Source: the human T2T-CHM13v2.0 reference genome, Homo sapiens. From it: DNA of 64,000 nt. The notes below the pieces were generated by a model. That model was not told where the DNA came from. It saw nothing but the letters and a program-made list of their open reading frames with translations, and ran no database searches. Below are positions 1 through 13,095 of the stretch, piece by piece. The DNA lies in the NCBI RefSeq assembly GCF_009914755.1, contig NC_060933.1. One strand, 5' to 3'. Each line of letters starts with the position of its first letter. The first letter of the stretch is position 1. The position numbers and the translations under genes are program-made.

Positions 1-65
1 TGTTGATAGTAATAACAATGATGATATTATTATACTTACATTAGCATTACACTATGTTTTGTAAT

Positions 66-577
66 AATCATTCCTCGGTATCTGTGGGAGATTGATTCTA
101 GGACCCTCAGAGGATACCAAAATCCAAGGATGCTCAAGTCTCTTATATACAGTGGCACAATATTTGCATATAACTTATGCACATCCTCCTTTATACATTA
201 AATCCTTTCTGAAGTACTTATAATACTTAACACAATGTAAATACTACATAAATAGTTGCTATACTACACCGTTTTTAAAAATTTGTATTATTGTATCATT
301 GTCAATTGCTTTTTTCCCTAAATATTTTTGATCCATGGAGCCAACCGTATAATCTATGTACATTTTCCTGTACACTTTAAATCATCTCTAGATTACTTCT
401 ATTATCCAATACAATACCTACACATCACTTTATTCATGTGGATTCAATGCCATGCTTGATGCATGGCAAATTCAAGTTTTGCTTTTTGGAACTTTGTGGA
501 GTTTTTTCCTAATATTTTCAGTCTGCGGTTGGCTGAATCCCTGTATGCAAAACCCATGCATGCAAAGGGCCAACTGT
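66..577 (+). mobile_element. MER2/MER2B-type (TcMar-Tigger) DNA transposon, composite of two pieces
   Basis: Resembles the MER2 consensus (GATACCAAAATCC..GATGCTCAAGTC..TATTTGCATATAAC); the central part recurs at ~345-415; ends ..GGGCCAACTG-TA. Confidence 0.75.
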
Positions 578-589
578 AATAGTAACAGT

Positions 590-790
590 AAGAACTTATA
601 TAGCACTTACTATTTGTCAGCCATTGCTCTAAGCACTTGGCACATATATCTCACTTCTCAGAACCACCTTATACAGTAGTTCTTACTATTACAAATGTCT
701 ATTTTCTGGATGAGGAAACTGAGGCACAGAAAAGTTAAAGAACTTGCTTAAGGTCACTGAGCTAGAAATGCTGAAGGCAGTCAAGGTCTA
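590..790 (-). mobile_element. MIR
   Basis: Core GATGAGGAAACTGAGGCACAGA..AAGGTCAC. Confidence 0.75.
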
Positions 791-803
791 AAGCCTGTGC
801 TCT

Positions 804-1127
804 GGCAGGGAACGGTGGCTCATGCCTGTAATCCCAGCACTTTAGGAGGCCAGAACGGATCACCTGAGGTCAGGAGTTCGAGACCAGCCTGGCCAACATG
901 GCAAAATCCCGTGTCTACTAAAAATACAAAAAAATTAGCCGGGCGTGGTGGCGCACATCTATAGTCTCAGCTACTCGGGAGGCTGAGGCACGAGAATCAC
1001 TTGAACCCAGGCGGCGGAGGTTGCAGTGAGCTGAGATCACACTACTGCACTTCAGCCTGGGTGATAGAGCAAGATTCCAATTAAAACAAACAAACAAACA
1101 AACAAAAATTTAAAATAAATAAATAAA
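804..1127 (+). mobile_element. AluS
   Basis: Full dimer with A-rich tail; degenerate TSD taaagcct(gtg/aca)ctct. Confidence 0.95.
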
Positions 1128-1210
1128 TAAAGCCTACACTCTAACTATTCTGTCCCTCATTGTAAAGCACTTTCACATATGATACCTCAGTTATTCAAAG
1201 AAAACCTTAC

Positions 1211-1293
1211 CTCCTGAGGAGGAATATCAAATGAAATAGTTCTCATGTCCACTTTGATGAAGCTGTCAGTGCATGGCAGAATAAAAAACAAAC
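1211..1293 (-). CDS. STOM: Stomatin exon 4 (GLFFILPCTDSFIKVDMRTISFDIPPQE), 83 nt; contains Cys87
   Basis: Acceptor ctttgttgcag|GT; donor GAG|GTAAGG; cumulative length 321 nt = 107 codons; the gene continues beyond the left edge. Confidence 0.97.
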
Positions 1294-1399
1294 CTGCAAC
1301 AAAGATACACACATTATACAGACACCAGCAACCTAATCAGTTCACTTCTCCATTCAGTTTTAAGAAAATCAACCTAGTGAACTGAAAAGTCACCAGTTC

Positions 1400-2125
1400 A
1401 TCTTCGTGAATGAGCCAGAAGCCAGGAATGATAACTTTGATTCCTCTTGCTTACTTCCCACATTTGACTGTCTCCACTAAGGTCTGTGGAGTTCATTTCC
1501 TTAATCTACTGTTGCTATCACTCTTCTCCCCACCGCCCCACTGGGACCAATGCAATCGTTTCCCAGGCCATCTTTCTATTTTTTGTAGTTTCTCTCCTAT
1601 AATCTATTTCCTAAGCTGCAAGCCGAGCAATCCCCCCTAAAATACAAACCCTCCCCCACGCATGGTCCTGCATAACCCGCCTTTGTTCCCCTCTTCAGCC
1701 ACTTCCTCTCTCTTCACACCCTGCACTCTTGCTGGACTGATCTACTTGCAGTTTCTTGAATCTGCAATACTCTCCTCTTTGTTGCTTTGTGTATGTTGCT
1801 ATTTCCGCCGCAAACACCTCCTGTTGGTTAACACCTTTTCAGACCTCAAGACTCAGTCAAGATGTAACTTCCAGAAAGCCTTGACTCAGCCTACGACTAG
1901 TTCAGATCAGTAACACTTCTCTGGTTTTCTCTTTTCTCACAGCTCTCTGTGAGTACTTGATCATAATACTTATCACATAGGATTGTAGCTATCTGTTTCC
2001 TTGTTGGTTCCTACCACTAGATAGGAAGATCCTTGAGGGTAGGGACTGTGTTTTAGTCTCCCTTGAATTCCCAGAACCTGGAACACAGTAGGAGCTTAAT
2101 TGAAGTTTGCCAAATGAATGACTGA
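1400..2125 (+). mobile_element. L2 3' remnant
   Basis: L2-like 3' end (CCTTGAGGGTAGGGAC..GGAACACAGTAGGAGC..AATGAATGA); 5' boundary uncertain. Confidence 0.55.
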
Positions 2126-2363
2126 AAGTCTTTCTTTGGTAGAGATTCTCATGCTCAAACTTGTATAGCTGTACTGTTCTTGGCCTAGGTGGTAATCTTA
2201 TCAGCTCAAATGGGAAGGGGAGGGGAAGGGTAGGAAGGAAAGGGTAACAAAAGATTGGCTAGAACCACTGCTATTGTTATACAACTCCTGCTACATGAAC
2301 TCTTATCTAAGACAGAGTAGAAGAGGCCCTCATAAGGGAAATCACGTCAATAAAAAAATTTTA

Positions 2364-2550
2364 GACTGGGCACGGTGGCTCACGTCTGTAATCCTAGTGC
2401 TTTGGGAAGCTGGGGTGGGATGATTGCTTGAGGTCAGGAGTTCAAGGCTGCAGTGAGACATGAGCATGCCACTGTACTCCAGCCTGGGCGACGGAATGAA
2501 ACCCTGTCTTTAAAAAAACAACTACCTAAAAATAAAAAAAATAAAAAGAA
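2364..2550 (+). mobile_element. Alu monomer (FRAM/AluJ-like)
   Basis: Single Alu arm with A tail. Confidence 0.85.
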
Positions 2551-2591
2551 CTTTAGTTTTCAGATAAACAATCTAGAATCCCAGTACTGAC

Positions 2592-2664
2592 CAGGTCCTT
2601 TGGCTCCTCCTTGTAAAATGCGACCCAATCTAAAGATGATGGCTCTTTCATACTCTTTTATAAT
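2592..2664 (-). CDS. STOM: Stomatin exon 3 (IIKEYERAIIFRLGRILQGGAKGP+G), 73 nt; start of the SPFH/band-7 domain
   Basis: Translated by hand from the reverse complement; acceptor tttttattctag|ATT; donor CCTG|GTCAGT; not in the ORF track. Confidence 0.97.
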
Positions 2665-2968
2665 CTAGAATAAAAACATGAATAATAATTTAACATGAAG
2701 AGTACAAATATATACATGCATGGCTTCTTAAATATATATTTCTGCTCTAAACAGATTAGATGCCTCATCTTTTTTCTTTAGAACCAGATCATATCTATAA
2801 ATCACATGTCCAATGTTTACCTTCTCAAAGCTTATTTATTATTTTCTTACTGATTACAAAAGCAATAGATATTCACTGTATAAATTTAGGAAGGACAGAA
2901 TAGTATACAGAAACAAATCCATAACCTCACTCCTCAGCTGTTAACATTGTTATTCAGTTACTCATGCA

Positions 2969-3399
<431 letters not shown>

Positions 3400-3559
3400 T
3401 CATGCATTGTTAATTCAGAAACACAAAAAGCTGAAGTCTTCACAGTTTTTCTTCTGATTCCCTTAAGAATAAATTGATCTGAAAATGCTTGGAGCATATT
3501 TTATCTTCTTAGAAATATGTAAATAATAGTCATATATCAAAGTATTAACAACTTTGTAG

Positions 3560-3740
3560 AAAAAATAACGAGCACTGAGGGTATTTATGACGTGCCAGGC
3601 ATTGTGATAAGTACATTTAGACACATAATTCATTTAATCCTCGCAACACTCCTATGAAGTAGGTACTGTTACTTTCTCCCATTTTACAGGTGAGGAAACA
3701 GCAAAGGTCACACAATAAACAGTAAAGCCAGCAGTCAAAC
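3560..3740 (-). mobile_element. MIR
   Basis: CCCATTTTACAGGTGAGGAAAC..AAGGTCACAC. Confidence 0.7.
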
Positions 3741-4043
3741 CCTATCATCCTAACTCTGAAGAACTTGTTCTCTCAGAACCATCTCACATCCCTGGCCCCA
3801 GGAAATTTTTGATGGTGAAACTTACTTTAGCCCACGGGGAAGGGCAATGGCTGAAAAGAAGTTTTAAGGTTCCATTTTAATAGGTGGGTAGAAGAATAAA
3901 TTTTCCAAAGAAAGATGAAGAAATAAGAATTATAAGAGAGAGAGACAGTCTGTTTCTTTCTCACATACACACAGGCACACACGAAGTAGGTTTATGGAGG
4001 TAGGAGTTGACCCCTTCCCAGAAGTGAATGAAATGTTCTTTAC

Positions 4044-4147
4044 CTTTATGCACATCCATATTGAGATTGGGAAAGTTATAACGGTGAATAAGAATGAGAA
4101 CGCCACCAAAATCCATCCGCAAGGTCCAAGGCCCTTACTGGGGCTGT
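4044..4147 (-). CDS. STOM: Stomatin exon 2 ([35 protein letters not shown]), 104 nt; hydrophobic membrane hairpin with Cys30 and Pro47
   Basis: Acceptor ttttgttttcaacag|AC; donor AAG|GTAAAG; phase matches exon 1 (61+104=165 nt). Confidence 0.98.
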
Positions 4148-4573
4148 CTGTTGAAAACAAAAAATATACAACTCTCACAACTGTTACTAGCATAATCACC
4201 ACCATCTTCATCCTTACCATTCGCTGAATACCTATGTGCTTGGCACTACACCAGCTGTTTTACATGAATTTCCCCATCTAATCCTCATACAGCCCTGAAG
4301 TGTAAGTACTACTTTCCCTTATCTATGTGATGTCATAACACAAGTATATTTCCACATTACTCATTACTTTATTCAGCAAACATTTATTAAGCATCTACTA
4401 TTTATTAGGCCCTCTGCTTTGTACTGAAATGATAACAATGAGTAAGACCCAATCCCAGCTTTCAGGGTTAAAGTTTAGTGGGAAAGTCAGACAAACACAT
4501 AATTATAATATTAGGTGGTAAGTACAGATATAGAGTATCTGTTCAGAATATTTTGAAGACACAGAATGAGTTA

Positions 4574-5024
<451 letters not shown>

Positions 5025-5429
5025 TTAGCTAGGAGTACAGTACGAATAAAGGTGAAAACCATATGATATGAGTATAAAGTTGTTTAGAGCCTCTTTTTAA
5101 AAATTACACCTGTAAAATATTTCACTAGGTTTATGCAGCATCATTTATTGCCCACTTCCTGATTACACAGGTTGTTTGATTTCTTAGTGCTATAAACAGT
5201 GTTGTAGTGAACATCTTTGTACACGGCTTTCCTCTCACATTTCTAATTGTTTCCTGTTCCTGTAATATGCAACAGCTTTTCCGTCTGATTACAAAGGTAA
5301 TAATGCAAAAAATTCACAGAAGTATAACAAAGGAGGGAAAAATTACTTTAAATTCAGAGGTATTTTGGTATATTCTTTGAAAATTTTCCTAGTGTACACA
5401 CCATATTTTTAAATGATATATATATATAT

Positions 5430-5729
<300 letters not shown>

Positions 5730-6010
5730 TAAATCATATTTTTAAAAATAAATAAATAAATAAAATGTGTAACCTATTTTTCTTCCCTGTAGCTATTCTC
5801 TTTCACCTTCTTTTTTGGCCTTCGTGGTTATGCATTTGTGTTTTTGAAGTTACACTTGCATAAAGTTTAAAAAGTCAAACCATTCTATATGATTAGTACA
5901 AAAAAAGGGCATTCCCATGCTCACCTCTTCCAATTTCCTCCTCCTCAAAAACATTTGCTATTTTGACCATTTTGATATCTACCTCCATATTTCTAAATAA
6001 TACGCTTTGC

Positions 6011-6475
6011 AGCTGGGTGCAGGGGTCACACCTGTAATCCCAGCACTTTGGGAGGCTGAGGAGGGAGGATCCCTTGAGCCCAGGGGTTTGAGACTAGCTT
6101 GGGCAACATAGGGAGACTCTGTCTCTACTTTAAAAAAAAAAAAAATAATAATAATAATATGCTTCTGCCAGGCATGGTGGCTCACGCCTGTAATCCCAGC
6201 ACTTTGGGAGGCCGAGATGGGAGGATTGCTTGAGCTCAGGAGTTTGAGACCAGCATGGGCAACCTAGTGAGACTCCCATCTCTACTTGAAACTTCTTAAA
6301 AAAAATTAGCTGTGTGTGGTGGCACACACCTGTAGTCCCAGCTACTGAGGAGACTGAAATAGGGGGATTGCTTGAGCCTGGGGGTTCGTGGCTGCAGTGA
6401 GCTGTGATGTACCCCAGCCTGGACAACAAAGTGAGGAAAGAAAGAAAGAAAGAAAAGGAAGGAAGGAAGGAAGGA
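6011..6475 (+). mobile_element. Alu left monomer (FLAM-like) followed by AluJ with (GAAA)/(GGAA) tail
   Basis: Monomer 6011-6145, dimer 6167-6435. Confidence 0.85.
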
Positions 6476-9371
6476 AATGCTTGTTTTGTTACTTCTTGCT
6501 TTTTCAGTTTTGAGGACTATTAACTTTCTACTACAGAAAAAGATTTAGTTCTCTTTCCTCCCCGTTACCCCCACCACATACTTATACCCAGCTTTCCAAT
6601 ATAATTACATCATAACTTCATTTAGATCAATATGAGATTTTATATTATGAATTTGTAAGTGCAATTTAAAGCTAAGCCAAGTAGTGAGGTATCACTGGTT
6701 TTCTCTTCCTGTACTATTTTTGTTTTTTCTGGAATTACTGTCTTATTTTTTCCCTTTGTTCGGTTTTCAACGTACTTATTGATCCAACCTTAAATCAATT
6801 GCCTAAATTTCCTCTCAAAGAGGTCAGGTATACTATCAATTTTATCTTCTGGAAGAATTCTCTCTCAGAGCCTTGTGTGGACTTCCTTCATCTGGTGTGC
6901 ACGGCTATCATTCTGCAATTGCTTTCACTATCATCCTGGGAACTCCCATCACCTCAGTGTTGTGTTCCTATTTTCTGTATCAAGTGTCATCCTCATTTTT
7001 AGTTTGCTTTTGCTTTCTGTAGAGGACATAGGGACTGAGAAGGCCAAGGGATATAGTAGGTTTTCTTATCAACCACTTGGAAGGCTTCTGCTGTATTTTC
7101 AGGAGCTATTTTAATGACAGAGGGGAGAAAAGGTATGCCAGGCACATGTTACTGCTCAGAAGAAAGGGCAAAATGGCAGTAAGATGGGGCTTGGAATAAA
7201 TAGGAGGCCAAGAAATAAGCAGAGTGTTCAGGCTGGGAACATGGGAGAAGAGAGACACATGTTGGCACCCAGGTCAAGTGCTCTAAAACATAGGATGAAA
7301 AATCAGAAATATAGTGAGTACTTGGGTTGTATGTGACTTGGTAGTTTTCTGATCCTGTGTTATAGTGTGAGGTAAATGTCTTCATGTATACTTAAATAAA
7401 ATGATCTAAAGTAATCCTGGAGGTTTCTAAGTTATAATTTAGGGGGTACAGACATATTCATTGAGAGAATATTCAAAGCAGGGCCATAGTACTGTTTGTG
7501 AAGAAAGCTTTATCTAGTATTACCATGACTGATCATAGCAACAGTGGCTGTTTTGAGGGGTTGTGTATACCCCAGGCATTTTTTAAAGTTACTTTAGACA
7601 TGTATCTCATTTAACTCTTACAACAGCCCTGTGAGGGTATTTTTAAATCCCTTTTACAAATGAGTTACCTAAAGCAACATTTAACTTTCCCAAAGTCACA
7701 CAATGGAAGACCTGGGACTCAAATATGGGTCATCTTACTCCAAAGCCCGTGTTCCAAATTCACCCCTCAATAAAAAAAATCCTCATTAAGAATGTTTTCG
7801 TGGTTGAGCACTTTCTCAAGACAGTATCCAAACTGAAAAGCATGGCTGGAGTTGTGAGAATGAAATCTGATATTTTTACAGAGGAAGTCCTCTTAATGCC
7901 AGCCATGCCTATTTATAGCAAAAGATAGTTTCAAGGCTCTGTGACAGACACAGGTCTAGGTTTCCAGGGTGAAATGAATTCCAAACAAGGACAGACTGAC
8001 CACAAATACTTATTTATCTGACAGCATTTGGTGCCTTTTCAAATACTGTCCAAGTCTCCCATAACATACTAGAGTAAAAACTCCCTGAGGGCAGGGATGT
8101 TGCTTATTCACTTTTATATTCTCAATGTCTAGCACAGTATCCTGCATAGTAGAATAGATATAAAATAAAATACTTCTCAGCAAGTTTTCTAGCTAGATAT
8201 GTCTTTTTCTTTCCTTTGAATCTCGATAGCATTTTTTGAAAATTATCTTATGGCACTTATATCTTGTCTAATCTTTTATTTTTTATTTATTTTTAATTGA
8301 CCTTCCAATGTAGGATTTTAATCTTTTATTATTTTTTAATCTAATATTTTAATTTCTTGTGCATTTATATCCCTTATTACACTGAGATTCCCTGAGAACG
8401 AGGAGTAACTATGTTTGAATTTCACTTCTGATACTTCTTAGTTGCATGATCTTTACCTCTTTGAACCTTAGTTTCCTTACCGGTGGAAAGTAAAGATTAT
8501 TAGGCTGGCCTTGTAGAATACAGATAAAATGATCAGTAAATGTAGATGATAGTTTTCTGTAATCCTTCTATTTTACTTAAGTGTTTGTATCTTCATGAAG
8601 AAAAATGGGAAAATAGCATTTACCCTTTTTGATCAAAAGCCTCTTAAACAATTTAATTTGCCATTTGCTTCATACCTGCCCCCAGTCTGGCTAGGCTGGG
8701 ACATTCAAAGACTCTCAAAAAGTTCATTTATGATCTACATGAGGACAAGCCAAAAAGTTCAGCCCAGTTTTTTTTGTGTCAGTTCCCATGTCACATTGTG
8801 TTTTTGAGAACCCCAGATGTGTATATGGGATTGCAAATCACCAGGAACAAGGAATTAAGTACACATTTTGAAAACTGGATTTGGTCTTTCACATATCAAA
8901 TGCTTGGCTAGAAATAATCAGTGTATACACTGGGAAAATGGCACTTTCATATTTTTCTAATGACTTTAAAATGAAAGTATCCTACCTTCACCTCTCAAAA
9001 TTCTTCCCCACCTGGTTACCCCTCAAAAAGGTACACAGTATCTAAGTTGGGAATGCATCACTAGAGTTCTGAGACTGAAATCTGATGTTTTTACAGAGGA
9101 AGCCCTCTTAATTCCAGCTGTGTCTATTTATAGCATGTTGTGCTATAAATGCATAGCTCAGAGGTGAGGCTTAAACTCTAGCAGGCTTATAAATGAACCC
9201 TTAGTCATCTACCACTTCTGGGAATAAGAGAAAAGAAATTCTCACTCACTAAAATCTCAGGAAATTCATTTCCTTCAAGTTTCCCATGTATTACTTTAGG
9301 ACTGAATCCTTCCTACCAGTTTTATGGGGAAAGGGACAAATAGTGATATTTTGGTTAATACACTTGTGGAC

Positions 9372-9677
<306 letters not shown>

Positions 9678-9768
9678 ACTTGTGGGTATTTTGCTGGTTG
9701 AGAATGTTCCTAAAAATTAGGGATCCTATGATACTTGGTTGTAAATACTACTTTGCCATAGTTTAGAG

Positions 9769-10015
9769 CAATGGTCCCCAACCTTTTTGGCACCAGGGAC
9801 CAGTTTCGTGGAAGACAATTTTTCCACAGGAAAGGGTTGGGGAACATGGTTTTGGGATGAAACTGTTCCACCACAGATCATCAGACATTAGGTTCTCATA
9901 AGGAATACACAACCTAGATCCCTCATATGTGCAGTTCACAATAGGGTTTGTGCTCTTATGAGAATCTAATGTTGCTGATCTGATCCGTCTGTGGCCTGGG
10001 AGTTGGGGACTCCTG
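9769..10015 (+). mobile_element. MER1B-like hAT-Charlie MITE
   Basis: TIRs CAATGGTCCCCAAC / GTTGGGGACTCCTG; perfect 8-bp TSD GTTTAGAG at 9761-9768 and 10016-10023. Confidence 0.9.
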
Positions 10016-11426
10016 GTTTAGAGTATTTTTTTTTCTTTTATTACCAAAATGGCAGTAGAATAAACTTTTAACTAATCAAAGAAGGGTCTGAATATGGACA
10101 TAAGCCTGTACATTTGAATTTTTGTATTGAACATTCAAGTTGGGCTTACCTCCAGGAAACTCACATACATTTTCTAAAATTGCTTTTTTACTTTAAAAGC
10201 AAAAGTTACTATAAAAATTAGAAATGATAGCTCAACAAACAGAAACATTATCTATACTTTATCTCTGGATGTTTTTTGCCTTGATATACGTCTTTTAAAC
10301 CTTTTCTAGCCTGTATTTTTTCAATAATGAAAGAATGGTATACACAGTGATTTAAAATCTTCTCCCTCCCATCCATGTTATGAACATTTTTTCATATCAG
10401 CACATATTCTTTATCATTATTAAAGATTAATTAATTAATTCCATTTTATATGATGAAATCTGTTGTGTCCAAATTTCTCACTTAGAAACTGCTGCATTGA
10501 ATATATATTTAGCAGTGTTTCTGTACCTGCTTATTTCCTGTGTAAGTTAATTTTTCTGAAAAGATGAAATTATACAACTCTTAAAATTCTCTCATTCTGA
10601 AGGTATCTTTTGTTACTACTCCTAATAACTACCATTTATGAATTCCTATGACATGTTAGCCACATGTAGCTCCTCCTTACATACATGAGTATTTATAATG
10701 TTTACAAAAATCTGTGAAGTAGGTGTTAAAATATGCCTCCTGAAGTTCTAAAGTAATAAGGCTAAAGACCTTGTAGGAAGAAACAAAAGAAAACCAAGCA
10801 AACCATGAAACAAATGAAATTTGTTGTGTAGTAATTTTTGTTGGGTAAGTTTCTGGAAAGGCAGTTAAACATTCTTTCCAAGATGACAACACAGGCTGAT
10901 TAGTCCAGAGGGCTGTAGTTGTCCCCGTTCCCCATCAGCTGATTTACTTTCAGATCTATTAACCTTAGCACTACTGGAAATCATGTGGAGTAATAAATCC
11001 ACTCATCACTGAGATTTTATTATTGTAAAGTTCAACAGATAACTGGATTTCCTCTGCTGAGAATCTGACTGTGAGTCATAAGCATTATCCTACACAATAA
11101 GAAAGGATGGGCTAAGGAATTACTGAAATACCTAAACTGCCACTTTTTAACGGACACTTTTTTCCTTCTGCCTTCACAGAGTGCAAATAAAACACTTCAT
11201 GTTGTAAATTGATGAGAGCAGTCCTGCCTGGATGGGGCAAGACAGAAAGGCTGGAAGTTTAGTCTCAAAAACACATGCTATTCAGTTGCAGCAGCACTTT
11301 TTAGGGGTAACAGTAGGCCAAATTGAAAAGTCTTGGCAATTTTTGAACTTTCTTCTTAAAAACATATGTATTCAGGATTAAGTGTTACTTTTGGCCACTA
11401 TGATTCTTCATCAGTGATTCTTTGTC

Positions 11427-11737
11427 AGGATTGGCAAACTTTTCCTGTAAAGAACCAGGAACTAAATATTTTGGGCTTTGCAGTCTGTTGCAACTACTCA
11501 ACTCTACTTTTGCAGTGCAAAAGAAGCCATAGATAGTACCTACATAAACAGCACAGCTGTTCCAATAAAACTTATGGACATAAATCTGAATTTCACATAA
11601 TTTTCATGTGTAATGAAAAAGTATTCTTTTGCCTTTTTAAAATCATTTAAAAATATAAGAGCTATTTCATAACTTGTGGGACATACAGAAACAGAGTCAG
11701 CTAGATTTGGACAATGGGCTGTTACACGCTGTTCCTG
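11427..11737 (+). mobile_element. MER58(B)-like hAT-Charlie
   Basis: CAGGATTGGCAAACTTTTCCTGTAAAG..GCTGTTCCAATAAAACTT. Confidence 0.75.
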
Positions 11738-12904
11738 TTTTATGTCAGCCAACTATTTATTTGAGGAGGAAGACTTGCATAAATTAAATAATGCATTTGA
11801 TCTTTCTTCCAGCTATTCAAATAAGGGTACATTTCCCAGCTTCTCAGTTTCTCCCTTTTGCTTATTTTGAAGCAAGGCCTTTATAAGGCCTGATAAACAA
11901 AAACTCCTGGTGAAAATAAGCAAAAGGGCAGGTAGAGTAAGTGAATATAAATTCCTCTTCAATTAATCAAATTTTTACTATAACTAAGTTTTTCAAATGA
12001 CTGGAATTTTAGGAGAAAAAGACAAAGAAGGGAAGGACATAGCAGAAGCGAAGGAAAATAAGAGAAATAGAAGGAGTAAAAATGGGAGAAACAAAAATGA
12101 AGACAGAATCCTACAAAGAGAGATAGATTAAAAAAGCTAGAAGTGAGAAAGAGGCAGAGTTTACCACATGGTAGCGTCTCGATAAACGTATGTTAAAAAA
12201 TGATAGTGTTTCATTAGAGATCAAAACTTGCAATTCATTTAAGGCAGAAGATTTCAAAGCAAACAAGCACACACACATTATAGCCTGCCTTTCAAATTAG
12301 TATTTTAATTAGGCACGGCTTAGTTGTTCGAATGCCCTTATCCTTAAATCTCTAGAGAAGAAATTATTCTTGGGGCTAGAGTAGCTACAGGCCAGATGGT
12401 ATCAAGTTAAAAACCATGAGTGAAGACTGTAACTTTTCCTCCCTATTAAAATCCATCTATAGTTATAAATGCTAGACCAAAAGAACTGATACTGATGAAG
12501 CACTATGTGGTTTGAATTACAAAGCTTAAAATGTGTTTACTGTGAAATACTAAGGAAAACAAATGGACTAATACTTCTAAGAAAGATTTGCAATAACAGT
12601 TATTCTTTGCTTAGCTCAAAAAGAATAAGGAAAGTAAATAAGCATAAATGTCTTATTTCCTAAATATTTTAAGGATTTTCTGTAGTTTTCCTGCATTCAA
12701 ATGTTTCAGGCCATACAAGAGGAAAAAAATAGGTGAGAGCAACAGCAATAATTTTAAATTTGGACCTCTCAGTCTAAAATAATGCTGCAATAGCCCTTTA
12801 CCCTTTTAAAACAACATTTATCACACTTGTAATTATTCTATTCAGTTGTGTGTCTTCATGAGATTTTGGTTTTATGAAAACAGTATAGCATAATAGGTTC
12901 ACAG

Positions 12905-13095
12905 ATGGCTCTGCCACTTACTAGCTGTGTGATCTTGAGAAAGTACCTTATTATTCAACTGTGCCTCAGTCTACCCATTGAAACATAGGGCTAATAAGAG
13001 TACCTCCTCAGGTTAGTGTGATGAGTAAATAAGCTAATATGGAAGACACTTAGTGTATATAACAGGTACTCAAAAAACATTTGTTAAATAGTTGC
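12905..13095 (+). mobile_element. MIR
   Basis: CTCTGCCACTTACTAGCTGTGTGATCTTG..GTGCCTCAGT. Confidence 0.7.

Noticed and set aside
3930-4220. 96-aa ORF as a standalone gene
   Set aside because: Only 4044-4147 is STOM exon 2; the flanks are intronic read-through
10930-11080. Cluster of E-box, GATA and AP-1 motifs in intron 1 (also GAGGAAGT at 16185)
   Set aside because: Short motifs expected by chance; cannot be called an enhancer without chromatin or conservation data
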